A stretch of 64,000 nucleotides of DNA, from the NCBI GenBank assembly GCA_964035545.1, contig OZ037765.1:6396698-6460697 (forward strand). Direction: 5' to 3'. This document shows, piece by piece, positions 43,201 through 56,495 of this stretch. This DNA comes from Bugula neritina (lineage: Eukaryota; Animalia; Bryozoa). Numbering within the stretch: the first letter of the stretch is position 1; each line of letters starts with the position of its first letter. The notes under the pieces are model-generated. The model ran no database searches. It worked only from the letters and a program-made list of their open reading frames with translations, and was not told the origin of the DNA. The position numbers were made by a program, and so were the translations under genes.

Positions 43201-46200
43201 GTAATGAGTCATCAAGTTTCAAGCATACCTGAGTGCTGGAATAGCCTATGCAGTAAAATTCAAGCCATAAAAGTAAAAAGTAAAAAGTAAAAGTAAAACA
43301 CAAACCATAGAATTATTGAGTGAAACACAAACCATAAAAGTATTAAGTGAAACACAAACTGTGGAATTGCCTACCCATTCAAAAGCAGACTTGCGAGCTA
43401 TAGCATCTTCAGTGAAGTGCTTAAAATTGAGTATCAGCATGTCGTATGTTTCTGAGTGACTTAGAAGTTGATTACATAATGCTGGTCTTGAACACAACAT
43501 CTTAGATATCTCCTGTAAAGAAAAAAAGTCCAAAATATTCAAAACAAAAATCAATATAGTGATATCTTCAATACCCAAAATATTGAAATTGAAGCAAATG
43601 ATGTGCTTTCGATTTAGCCTTAATCTTGCAATTAGTAGCTTTGCTCAAGGTAAGTAGAAGGTACCCTTTCAGTGAATGCATTCAGCTGTGGCTACAAGAA
43701 TAATGCTAAACAATGCAAAACTTTCAAAAAGCTAGAATAGTAAATGCTGGGAGTTATAATCACCACCTAGAGCAGGGCTATCCAACAGATTGGACAACCT
43801 AGACCTAGAGCATTGACAGTGTAGCCTAAGAATCAACTAGTAACTTTACTAAATTTATCAACATAGCGGGTGCTCACCAGTATAGCCAGAGATGGCTCTT
43901 TTCTGTACATCTTAGACTCCATCAGATAAGTTATGTACGCAGACACTACCTCATAGTCTGTCTCCACATGTAGTGCCTGAGAGTGTAAGAGACCATAGAA
44001 TACATATTGTGAGTAGATTACTTATATCTATGTAGCTGAGGCTACTCTACAGAGGCACACACATCACCATATATCTCAGACTAAACTGTTTTCTTGTACA
44101 CATGTGGTAAGACTTACAGAGACTCACATGTACTGTTATGTACAAAACACATACATATCATAGAGGTGCGGGTTAAAGCTCTCTCCAGGATGAAATATTG
44201 GTATATAATTAATAAGAGTAATAACCAACTTTTATGCAATTGCAGTCTAATATTTGTACTACACATAAGACAAGCTGTCTGAGCTGCAGGAGGTGATAGA
44301 CTAGTATTACTAGAGCCAAAGGCTATCAATCGTTATATCATTTTTAATCGAGTAAAATCTGGACAACAGCTAGTTTTCACGCCAAGAGATACCCAATTTA
44401 CTGATTTACTGATTCTCTTTAACTTAGATAATTAGAAGAATTATTGTTGAGGCAAGTTTAGTTTTCCCACGAGTAAAATGAAATAATAATTTCACCCCAT
44501 TAGGGTGACTGACCAGTGTGTTCGTATACGAGCAACAAACTTAAATATAATATTAGAAAATTCTTCAAGAAATTGGCAGAATATGCGAATAGAAGTATTG
44601 ATACAACCAAAAAAAAAACTGTAGATTAAATTACAAGTGAAAGAAAGCATATAGGCGGTGATATTACCTTCTGTATGGAGGTCTGAATCAGGTCTTCTAC
44701 ACTGCTAAACATACTGATCTCCGGGATATTGACATGTAACCAGTCGAACTGATTACTGTCAGTATTGATATCTATGTCCATTGCTTGCTGGGTTACAGGG
44801 TCCACGAACATAGTCCTCAGTGCCTGTAATGGTAGAGCTACCCGGTCAGTCATACCACTAAGTGAAGCGAGATGCACTCTAACTTTGTGTGCATATAAAT
44901 ATTAGATGAGTGAGAGTAGAGTCCATGGCTTCATCAGCATGAGATCTCAAAGTATCCGGGAGAAAAAGAGATCAAGCAACATAACAGCCTTTAGCATTAG
45001 GATTCATTTATTGAAACATTTACACTATAATTTAGCAGAATATTTCTTTGTTAAAAGTTATTTTATTTTTTTAATTGCTCACTCAATAAGAAAACTTAAT
45101 GCTCTTAGTAAATTTCACCTTAAGAAATGTTCAGCCATTTGTAACATTTAGTAAAAAACACAAAAGATAATTATAAAATCTGATGGAAACTTGTTTTGTT
45201 GATATGCAAATTAACATAGTTGAGTACCTTAACTGACAGATCTCTGGTGTAAGGGGAGGTAGAGTACAGCCTTTCAAAGAAGTAGCCAATAACTTGAAAA
45301 GCAGGGCTATCACCATCTTCAGTATCAGAAGGCTGCTGCATTATCATCTGCAGTCTCTGCAGCAGACGGTCGTGACGTGCAATCTTCTGGAATACCACAA
45401 AACTGATATTTAGGAGTTGCCCTTTTAAACAACTGCGCAGACAAGACTACACCGTATTTTCTGCATATATACCAGAGAAGATACTGATGTGAAACCAACA
45501 TGTCAGTTGTTAGAGATGGAAGTCATATGTACTATTGGGCAGATAACAGTAAGTTTCTTTTCCAAATAGTCCATTTCATTGGCCAATTTGATAAAGAGGG
45601 ATGAAAAGCTTATAAATATAACAGTAAAGTGAAGTCTACAGAATTAGTATGTATTGGGAACATAAATACCTGACTGTGTTTAGCCTTAGGATCTTCGCTC
45701 TTACTGTCACCATTAGACATGAGTAGAAACTCACACAAACATTGAATGGGCAGAACATCCAGCGAGCCCTCACTAGACTCAACCAACTCCGAGAGCCAAG
45801 GCATTGCATTAGAAGTTCCCTGAGAATATATAATTCTTGTATTGACTGAAAATTAAATTACAGCAAAACAAAAAGAAACCTACACATTATCATAGTCCAT
45901 TACAATCCAGACAAAAATTAGAATACAAAACTGATGAGTGCTAGATTATAAAGCTTTCCCTTTCTGAAAAAACAGGCTGTAAACAAACTATAAAGAACAT
46001 TCAATGGAAAAAGCAACATGAATGATTCATAACTGATCTAATAGAGGAGTATAATGATACCTGCTTCTGAATAACTTGAAGTAGAAAGTCTGGGTTCCTA
46101 CTTTTGGATAGTGTGTGGCCCAAATGTAGAGACGAGTTTAGCATCTTGACTTCTTCTACTATTTTAGCTGGCGGTTTACGAGATGGACCACTGCAACATT

Positions 46201-49200
46201 ATACAGCATATACACTACTAACTAACATATACACTACTAACTAACATATACACTACTAACTAACATATACACTACTAACTAACACATACACTACTAACTA
46301 ACATATACACTACTAACTAACACATACCCTACTAACTAACATATACACTACTAACTAACATATACACTACTAACTAACATATACACTACTAACTAACATA
46401 TACCCTACTAACTAACATATACACTACTAACTAACATATACACTACTAACTAACATATACACTACTAACTAACATACACACTACTAACTAACATATACAC
46501 TACTAACTAACATATTCACTACTAACTAACATATTCACTACTGACTAACATATACACTACTAACTAACATACACTACCAACATACACTACTAACTAACAT
46601 ATACACTACCAACATACACTACTAACTAACATATACACTACTAACTAACATATTCACTACTAACTAACATATTCACTACTAACTAACATATACACTACTA
46701 ACTAACATATACACTACTAACTAACATATTCACTACTAACTAACATATTCACTACTGACTAACATATACACTACTAACTAACATATACACTACTAACTAA
46801 CATATACACTACTAACTAACATACACTACCAACATACACTACTAACTAACATATACACTACTAACTAACATATTCACTACTAACTAACATATACACTACT
46901 AACTAACATATTCACTACTAACTAACATATACACTACTAACTAACATATACACTACTAACTAACATATACACTACTAACTAACATATACACTACTAACTA
47001 ACATACACACTACTAACTAACATATACACTACTAACTAACATATTCACTACTAACTAACATATTCACTACTGACTAACATATACACTACTAACTAACATA
47101 TACACTACTAACTAACATATACACTACTAACTAACATATACTACCAACATACACTACTAACTAACATATACACTACCAACATACACTACTAACTAACATA
47201 TACACTACTAACTAACATATTCACTACTAACTAACATATTCACTACTAACTAACATATACACTACTAACTAACATATACACTACTAACTAACATATTCAC
47301 TACTAACATATGCCTTACTTGCTGAACAGTGCTAATAAAAATAACTTACAGCTACACAGTACACAATTTCACAAACAGAATGACAAATACAGTGCGAATA
47401 CTTTAGCCTACCTGGCGTTCATACTAATCAGCTGTGAGAGCAACAGACTATTAGTCTCCGTGATGGTCACATTACTCGTTGCTGCCGCTAAATGACCTTC
47501 AAACTCCAGAATTTCCTGTTTCTCCAGTTCGCAGATCTAACGGCATGTATAAGAAATGAGTGATGAATATTGCTATAGTGTTGGTAATTACACTAACTGA
47601 AAATGCATTGCCAACAGTCAAGCACAAAAAGAGGAAACACATTTATTTGTAAGATGTAGTCTGACCTGTCTCTCCTGAGCTACCAGCTGCTCCATGTCAG
47701 TGCCAGAGCTGACAGGTGGAAACAGGTACCTGTTGGTCATCACCATCTCCATAAGCATCTCCAGAGTTGGGTACTCCTTCCAGACATATTTACCTGAAAT
47801 ATTGAGACTAAAACATTAGCCTTTAGCATATTATATGCTACTATCAGCTGAAGAAAGTTCATTATTGAATTGGAAATTAGTATAGGGCTAAATATAAAAC
47901 TTTTGACATTCAAATTAATTTCCAATATTTTAATAAACATTAGAGTTCCATATTTTTATAATGAATACTTCTATAAATTGCATTCTATTGTGTAAATACA
48001 TACTACTATGTATTAAATTATTAAATTACATACTATTATTTACAAATTACATACTCTAAGCAAAAACTATACCTTTCAACATTAAAATGAAACTATTAAC
48101 ACACGCAAGCACAAGGATAAAAAAACACAACTTACCAAATGTAGTTGGATTATATGCGACCAAAACAAGTATTAATAGCCATGATTTCCAAAACATGGAA
48201 GCGATAGCAAGGTGGGGAGGTCTGTAGCCTTTCGGTAATTTAATATTATCTGGGTGGTGATAAGTTGATACATTTAATAGCAATTTCACAACGTCTAGAT
48301 TCTTAATCTCCAAGGCAGGATAATCTACAATAAAATGTGTAATGAAATGTAGTTGTACGATATTAGCAGCAAAGAAGAAATCACTTACCAGTCAGCAGTG
48401 TCTCAAAAACATTGAGAGAAATTAGAGTCCTTAAAATAACTTTTCACGAACTTTACTCAGTTATATTTTGATATGAGATTTGAAAATTGAAACGACCCCC
48501 AATTGGAAATCTCTTGATAATTTCTTATAATCTTAAATTTATGTTTTTCAATTAACACTTGCATAGGGAAATTAACACAGCATTGATGAAAAGAGAAACT
48601 TGAAGATATTACTTCTATTCTTGCAACATTTTCTGCTTACAACAGCTATGCACTGTTTTCATACTTCTATTGATGAGTTGCAATGAAGACTGATTATTAG
48701 TTTTTGCTATTATCACTAATTTACTGTTCTTTACATTAAATATAGTTGACACTAACTAGTGACTTTGAGAGCAGCTGCTCTGTTCACCATTAGCTCCATA
48801 ACATCAAGAGCATCAGAAGCTTTAAGGGGGTACTCTCCATCCATGCCCATCATGAGCAACCTTAGCAGAGTGTCCTCCAGCACTGGGGTCTCTGAGGCTA
48901 AGCGCAACATAATCTTTCGATCCTACAGCAGAAAACAAAACACGCTTCAGAACTGCGAAAGAAATAGGAAGACAAATTAAGACACGACACAACTTATAAT
49001 AAGGAATGTTATACAACCAAAGCAAAAAGATGTCAATTTGATAAAATCTTACAATAAATTAACAATGACTTACATATAATAAGAAATATTATGCAGCAAA
49101 AAAGGAAGATGCTAAAACCTTGCAATAAATAAACAAAAAATTTAAATTCTTGAACAATTTTGAGATTTATGAGATATTGCCAACTGTTAATTCTCAAGTG

Positions 49201-52200
49201 ACCGGACAGGTATGTCTTACAGCTTCTGTGGGCCAATTGTCTACTTTGGAGTAATGTTCCCCATGAGCCATCATCAACAGCTTATAGAGACACTGTATAA
49301 AGCCCTGACCATCAGTGACGTGTAGCATAGATGTGAATGTCTCGTACATCCACGAAACAGACGTCTTCTGAATGTTAGCTATCTGCGACCAGAACGTCTG
49401 AATAACAGATGCGTCTGCAAAGAACATTCAACAGTTATGTGTTACCCTCGAGGATAAAAGCTAAAATTTCCTTATCCAAGTATTTTATTTTAGGAAATGT
49501 ACTCATTTGCTGGACCATTGTGGAAATATTTTGGTGTGCACTCTGCAGTTAAAGAATGAAAACTTGCTTAATTGGATGAATGCTGAGGCGTTATATTAAA
49601 CTATGAGCTGATGCAATAACCACAAAAAGGAATGTTGTTGACTAGTGGTTTACAGTCTGCCCTGTCAACCCAAGTTCTCTCACCCAAAGAATCCTCTAAA
49701 TACACCTTGATTAAAAAGTAACAGACTTTGCACACTCACCTTTTCGCTTGTCTGTAAACGAGACGGAACTGCCAAGGGCCTCCTTCACTGCGGGACTGAT
49801 GGTGAGCAGCTCGGTGACAGCCACGAGGTCAGCTATGCCGTACATCACTCGCTCCTTAGCACTCTGCTCCAAACTCAGGTACACTGGGTGAGTGGAGCGG
49901 TTAGCCATCAGTCCAACACAAAAAGCGTGAAATGTGAAATCGGTTCTCATTGCCCGCACTATCTCCCTGAGCAGAGCTCGTAAGGATCTCATGTAATCCT
50001 CCTTAGTCATCAACAAGTCTATGAATATGTCTGCTAGCAGCTAAATATAAATAAATAAAAATGATAGTCACTAAGTGTGTTACCACTCAGCAGGCTGTCC
50101 ATTATTATACTGTATATAGTTTAGCTAAACACTTATTCCTTATATTATCCTTGATTATTCTTTCAGCTACATCCAATAAACTTCCCAATCTAATAAAGTT
50201 TTTATTTGGTAAAATGTTACAACAGCACTCATAAACAATATCCAGTAAAAAACGTTTCCAACTTATAGCCTCAACATTTCTAAGATGTGAAACTAATGCA
50301 GCTCTGCAAAAACCAATGCCATTGTATTTTTGCACAACTTATAGCCTTAGTCACCTACCTTAGGAGATAGCTCGGGGTTCTGTTGGAACATGGTAGCCAA
50401 CATCTGCATGTTATTCGGGTGTCTGGAGGTAGACAACTCATTGTACACGGTATGAGTCAGAACGATTCTGAGATTCTCATCGTCCGCTTCTAACAACTCT
50501 CTACAGTTTGAAGGAGACAGGCTGGACTCACAACAATAACTGTTCTATCTGAATCTAAAGGCTAGACAGCAATTGTTATCAATGAAAACAAGGAACATTA
50601 ATCATAAATATTCAGAACACAGAAGGTCAATATGTAGAAACAAGAACTGAGTTTTTTGAAGTTAAACAATAATGCAGATAGCAATATAAAGTAAAGCAAA
50701 ATATTATGAAGAACATAATTTCAACTTGTTAATCCAACAAATATATTAGGAAAAATATAGTATATTCTGACAAACTCAAAGTTGAAACTTTCTATCAAAC
50801 AAAAGGTAACAATTTAACTTACAAGTATTCCACCATACCTTATACAGTTTAACAAATACTACCTTATCCAAATTAACAAATCATACCTTATACACTATAC
50901 AGACTAACTAATCATACCTTATACAGTTGATGTAGTGAGAGAGCACAGGCTTGGTTTTAGCTCGTATTTTCAACAGACCCACTATTACATCCTTGTCATT
51001 AGGATTCTGCCCTGAGCAGTTCAGACAGACAGCTAAGAGAAGATCCTGGGCTGCTTTCATCAACTTTAAAGTTTATAAAACTGTATCAATATGTAGACAA
51101 GATCTTTTCAATGCACTTAGAGCAAGTTAATATTGTTAACCTGCGTCCTTTTGGCTAATACTAATCTTGCTAAACTAATCTTTTTGGTGAAAGAATACTA
51201 TAATTAGCAATTGGCATTGTAAGATTTGGCAATGTAAGAAATGGCAATTAGCAATGCAAGAATTGACAATTTAATATCAAAAGCTGATATAATGTTAAAA
51301 TTAAAGTTTCAGATTCATAGCGAGATCTATAACATATAGTAATGAGTATATTTCTACTAATATATATAGTCATTTTAAGGTCTACAAACCATTTCTACTG
51401 ACAGAAATAGAACCATACTTATATACTAAAATGAGATGATATGCAGCTGGCATGTAATGTACATTCATGTATAAATAAAACTAATCAATCAACTAGTAGC
51501 TATATTATAAGTTAGTATTAATAACTATATGTTTATTAAGGAAGTAACATATGATCACACTGTACAAACACTTGTATACATACAACCTAAGAGTATGATT
51601 ACTAACCTTGGGATTCTGTAACCAACTGTCTAACTTGTTGACAACCATGAGTCTGGCAGCACAGTAGCCCGAGACACTCGTCAGCAGTCTCAACAGCTGC
51701 TTACTCGTCACCTCCAAGTGCTGCCTCTTAGTCATCTGCTCTGTCACTGTATCCATTACTAGCTGCTCTATGCTGTCCATTTGAAACCTGTACCTTTTAT
51801 ATGGAATGAAAAATACTGCCTGATCATGCTCATTGCTAACCATAGAAAATAATCACATAATAATTATGCCTAATATATACTTTCACAATAGTTACGCCCT
51901 AAATTAAAAACAACTCATAAAACTCAAAAGTAAAGTTTTCTTTCGACATCAAGTTTCAAAATACACATAGGAATATCATTACCAAATACAACAGTTGCTA
52001 AGATACAGCAGTTGCCGAGATACAACAGTTGCTAAGACACAGCAGTTGCTAAGACACAGCAGTTGCTAAGACACAGCAGTTGCTAAGATACAACAGTTGC
52101 TAAGACACAGCAGTTGCTAAGATGTTGAACAGCCAAATTGAAATAAAAAGCTGTATACATAAAAACAATTATCTTACCTGTGTTTAACTACCGCATTAGA

Positions 52201-54734
52201 TAGTCCAAGGGAGAAGCCGGCAGTACTATCATCCCCAGTGTCCACAGGTGAGCTCGAGTGATGAAATGGACTACTACTGGGACTAGATGAAGCTCCAGCT
52301 GTTGATACAAAACATAAAGATTGGTAAAAGCAGCATCTGATGCCCGACAACTACATGTGAGAAAATCAACATACGCAAACCGAATACAGTAAAATAACCT
52401 AATTTAATCAAAAATTTATCAGTTTTAATTTAATATTGAACTAAAACACACCTCCTGAAGTGCTGGGCAAACCATAGCCCGAGCTTTCCCCTAATGATGG
52501 ATTCTTAGGAGTGAGATTAGTGCCAAATGCAGTGACAATGTTGTTGACTAGTGGTTTACAGTCTGCCCTGTCAACCCAAGTTCTTTCACCCAAAGAGTCC
52601 TCTAAATACACCTTGATTAAAAGTAACAAACTTTGCACACGGTTTTTGTGTTTAGATTTAGATATTTTAAGGGTATTCCTGTAGTCTATGACAATGCAAT
52701 CACAATTCTTATCTGATAGCTTAACAAGCTGTAGTGGATAGACTATGTTCCATTTTAAGCCTCTAAATGCATACTATAATAAATAACATAATTATATTTA
52801 ATAAAACAGCTAAACCAAAGTAAATAAAAAACCTTACAAGCAAGATATCTCCAAAAATACTTAAGCAGTTTATTTTGCACGTTTAATAGCAAATAAGTGA
52901 TATTTTTCTATATCTGAACTTAGAATTTTGCATAATATGTTTAACAAAAAACTACAATTATTAATATATTTTTCTAACTGCAAATCTATTGCAGAGTTGT
53001 CCACTCCTACCTCCACAAGTTGCTGAGGCCAGTGTTCCTCATCTGCATATGCTGTGTAGAGTAGATTACATGCCAATACTGTGACAGTGGGATTTCCTTT
53101 GGCCTTGAAATTAGCAGACGCATCTCTCTTCAGTAATGAGCAAAATGCCTGCAGAAATCACAGCAACTAGTAAACTTATATGAAAGATGGTTTCGCAGCA
53201 AATGTGAAAAAAAAGACATAAAACTTCAGTAGACACTGATTAGTCTTCAACTACAAAAGAGAACTATTTCTTAATAAATATATTTATTATGAGAACCTTT
53301 AGCATTGTCTAGTACTAATATATCATCTAGTATGTTCTATTAAATTCTAAGTGAACAATATAATACAAAATACAAACAAATAAGAGCAAACTGACAAACA
53401 CTGCTCAATGCAGATTACACACCCCAGTAGCAACATCAGTGGTGAAAAGACTTGGTCTATCCTTAGCCAATGACATTAGGGTTAACACAATCTGGTAGTT
53501 GGGCTTAGCTCTCTGAGCTCTCAAATGTTTCACAGCTCCACACAGCAACTTGTCCGTCACCTCAGACGGTTCACTCTCTCCTTCTATCTTATCATACAAC
53601 TCTGGAGGGAGACCTGGGGAGATATGAGAGAGCACCACTTAGTTAAACTATTCAATAAAAACTCTTGAATAAATTAGAACATAGTTTGTATTACAACTTC
53701 ACACTGTACAGTTTTTATTTCAATATGATAAATTATACAAACATTACAATTATATTTATTTAAATGTTTACTGTTTTTATATTATTTTGTACAAGTGAAA
53801 AGCACCTAAAACAAGTAAAAAATGACTGTGTGTAGTTTTTGTACAATGCAAGTTTATATAGCGACAGTCCACACTGGAGCAGCCTATCCTGAACTACACT
53901 TACAGTCAGTAGCCATTTCATCATACTTCATTTGAGCTTTGTTGGGGACTCCATACTTAGCTTTCTTCACAAGTAGACTGCTCCCAGCAGACAAGGATGC
54001 ATCTGTCTTTGCAGCTGCTAGAAGTTTTGATTTAGAAGCTTCACCAGATTTTTGCCCTGAAACCATGAATGGAGATAATATGTAATATCAGCTTACCAAT
54101 GGCATGATATTGACAAGGCAAGACGTAGCTGATGAGTGTGGCACAATATGTAAGTAGAGATCATCATTGCCACAATGAGACACTATCGGGTTAGGTTGAA
54201 ACACTATTGGGTTAGGTTGGGACGCTATTGGCCATTATTGGGTTAGGTTAGAGCAGGTAGTACAATATATAATTAATACAAGCTTCACGTAACAGTGAAA
54301 GTTCTGCTTCAGACAAAATGAATTTTTGAAAAAAGCAAATAAAGAAAAATCTGTATGAATTATGATTAATTTAAAAAAATAAGCAATATTTCAACACAGG
54401 TACAAAATATACAATCAACAGTTAACACAGTATGGCAAATTATCAATTTGAAAAAAGTAATTTAGCCAATAAAATTTGTTTGCCAAAAAACCTTGTTATT
54501 TTGTAAAATAATTTTAAGACTTACCCAATGGTATGAGATCAAAAGGTGTATTGTGACCTGGAATTACACGAAAACATATCCTGAGCTTAGAGTGAACAAT
54601 AACAAATATCAACATATTTTCAACATCCATTGATTAAGTAATAACTAAGACTTGAGGGATACAATATAGCAAGTGTAGATACCTTTAGGTTTGCCAGGGC
54701 GTTTAGCATTGATAGAACTCCTAATTTTATCCAT
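34259..54734 (-). CDS. INTS1: Integrator complex subunit 1, about 39 coding exons (first 54734-54683, 33-nt micro-exon 54557-54525, last 34386-34259)
   Basis: Spliced translation carries INTS1 motifs: AFCSLLKRDASANFKAKGNP...LACNLL, VYLEDSLGERTWVD, LDSWLQNPKL, KEDYMRSLRALLREIVR, MPWLSELVESSEGSLDVLPIQCLCEFLL, GLIIDWLELLDPE, LLTHQARWSTI, LACRKLASLHPLLFHR. Exon phases were traced by eye from ATG 54734 to TGA 34261-34259. Confidence 0.95.
35048..35160. repeat. 22-bp minisatellite x5 (GCAGGCAGTTCAGGTGCTCTAA) in an INTS1 intron
   Basis: Five near-identical units with one C>T variant. Confidence 0.95.
38187..38457. repeat. 15/30-bp minisatellite (TACAGTATTATAGTA and variants) in an INTS1 intron
   Basis: Read directly. 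The period is divisible by 3, which explains spurious ORFs 38172-38477 and 38179-38469. Confidence 0.95.
40296..40430 (+). mobile_element. tRNA-derived SINE fragment, antisense within an INTS1 intron
   Basis: A-box-like TGGTCTAGGAGTTAG (40307-40321) and B-box GGTTCGAACCC (40351-40361) at tRNA spacing, no closable acceptor stem, then a non-tRNA body (GGCCATTGGTGATATTAGGAAAAACATCCAG). The 3' boundary is approximate. Confidence 0.7.
41751..41835. repeat. 42-bp tandem duplication in an INTS1 intron
   Basis: AGACTCTATGACAATATAGTACYATTACGTATATCAGTAGAT x2 with one mismatch. Confidence 0.9.
46208..47309. repeat. 19-bp minisatellite (ATATACACTACTAACTAAC), about 1.1 kb, roughly 55-60 units, filling most of INTS1 intron 47411-46191
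   Basis: Read directly. Variant units (TATTCAC, CTGACT, shortened ACTACCAAC) recur in blocks. Confidence 0.97.
49631..49735 (-). repeat. 105-bp dispersed copy of the INTS1 exon-6 acceptor plus the first 75 nt of exon 6 (source 52537-52640)
   Basis: The two segments differ by 3 substitutions and a 1-nt indel. Confidence 0.93.
51988..52123. repeat. 17-bp minisatellite x8 (ACAGCAGTTGCTAAGAC) in an INTS1 intron
   Basis: Read directly. Confidence 0.93.
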
Positions 54735-54859
54735 GGTAGTTTCTCAGCAGCTCATTGCTATTTAAAATAAATATATATGAATCAGTTATTAATTTTGGGA
54801 TAACTCAATGACTATGACGTACGTTAAAAATAGGCCTGCTCACTATAAATAAAATTCTA

Positions 54860-55230
54860 GCAATGTTAATATGATAATGATATCCATATTGATATTGACT
54901 CTCATATTCCAATTTATATTGAAACTCAAACTCATATGCCTACGCCTAGCCCTATGGACATATTGATATTGATATTCAATATGAATAATAATATCAATAT
55001 GATTAATCAAACTGAAATTGAATATTACTATCAATATGCATATTATAAGTATAACTGTTATAAATTAAAATTTATCAATTAATATTTATAATTTAGATTC
55101 TATCCAATAAATATAATGATCTGCATATTTATATTAATTTCAATTTAAAATTTAATAATCATAATGTTACTGTTAGAGTTTATTACTAGTAGTAGTACTA
55201 GTAGTACTTCAAGTTCAAGTTCATTATTTT
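54860..55230. repeat. Low-complexity tract of degenerate 6-nt duplications upstream of the INTS1 ATG
   Basis: catatt gatatt gactct catatt ... gaaact caaact catatg cctacg cctagc cctatg ... gatatt gatatt caatat. A minus-strand acceptor-like tttaaatAG lies near 54759 and a donor-like GTGAGT near 55333. Confidence 0.6.
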
Positions 55231-56495
55231 CCTTTTTATTTCAATATTGGACTAGAGTGATTAGAGAGAAATTTTAATTGAAACTCACAAATGGAGCTAT
55301 ATTTTATCAAAAGCCTTTCTCCCCTTGACTCACTTATCAACATGAGAGTGGGATTTAGGTAACTATCACTCTGCATTTAATTTTTCAGTGAAGAGTAAGA
55401 AGAAATGAAATAATTATAGCGCGTATTATGTGCAAAGGAACCACTGAATTACAACTCCTTAGTTTATAGCTCAATAAGGGGACTACTATACTATCACTAG
55501 AATATTTACTTATCCAAAGTATGCTAAGTCAAGGCTAATATATAATTCGAATTGTCTGAACTACATTATATATAGAGTTGTCTTCCCTAATACAACAATC
55601 TAACGTAATCTAATATGTGCCTTTAGATCCTTTGCAATCATCATGAACCAAACATATTATGTAGCATAATAACAGTTTTTAGGACGAAAAATAGTTCGTG
55701 CAGCTTTTTCATATGGCCTTTGTTTTAGTACATAAAAACCGTAGTCATTTTTTCACTGCTTTGTTAGCTTGCAAAATTAAGTGAACAGGCTTGAAACTCT
55801 TGTGGTCTCCTTCCACATGAGCTCAAGTATACTCAAATTTGTCCAGAATTACACCTCAATATTTTCTTTAATTATACAATTTAGCTGCAGTTTTTTGATT
55901 GAAATGCTCAAAGTTTTTTCTAGTTTGGTTAAATTAGAAACATATGCTCTTTTACAAATAACCTTTTGGGAATTTTCTTGACGCCTTTTTGCAATAGGCA
56001 TACTTGTTTAGCAAAAATAGAGAAAACAACTTTGTGAATTACACGTTGAAATCCTATTTTTATCAGTTATATCATTTCAGCATACAAATCAGCTTAAAAA
56101 AATATGGTATGAAATTGACACTTTATTGTCTAAGGCATGAGCTAAACTTATGAGTTATTTGTTTGATTTCATTTATACAGACTATTCTAAAGAGTAAAAT
56201 TGACCAGATCCAACAAAGTTGAATTGCAGACATATATTTTATATGACATGGTGTGATAACTTCTATTAGTAAAACACAGAAATGACATTAGGTTACAACT
56301 TTTTATGACCCATCATTAAAACTAGTGCCAAGACGAAACATTTCACCAGCTCTTAAACAAAAATAGAAAGTGATGTTAGTATTAGTCTAGCCAAAGAATT
56401 AATACTTAACAATAAATAAAGAGATTGTGCTATAAAAATACTTTATTATAGCACCGTTAAATAAGTACATAAAACTTAATTTTTTGAAAACAGCA

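Noticed and set aside
54090-54115. Look-alike of the INTS1 micro-exon 2 end (ATCATGCCATTG|GTAAGC) as a mutually exclusive exon
   Set aside because: Wrong phase and only about 39 nt from the next acceptor.
54179-54252. Three GGGTTAGGTT units resembling telomeric repeats
   Set aside because: They belong to a degenerate 21-bp intronic repeat, not a (TTAGGG)n array.
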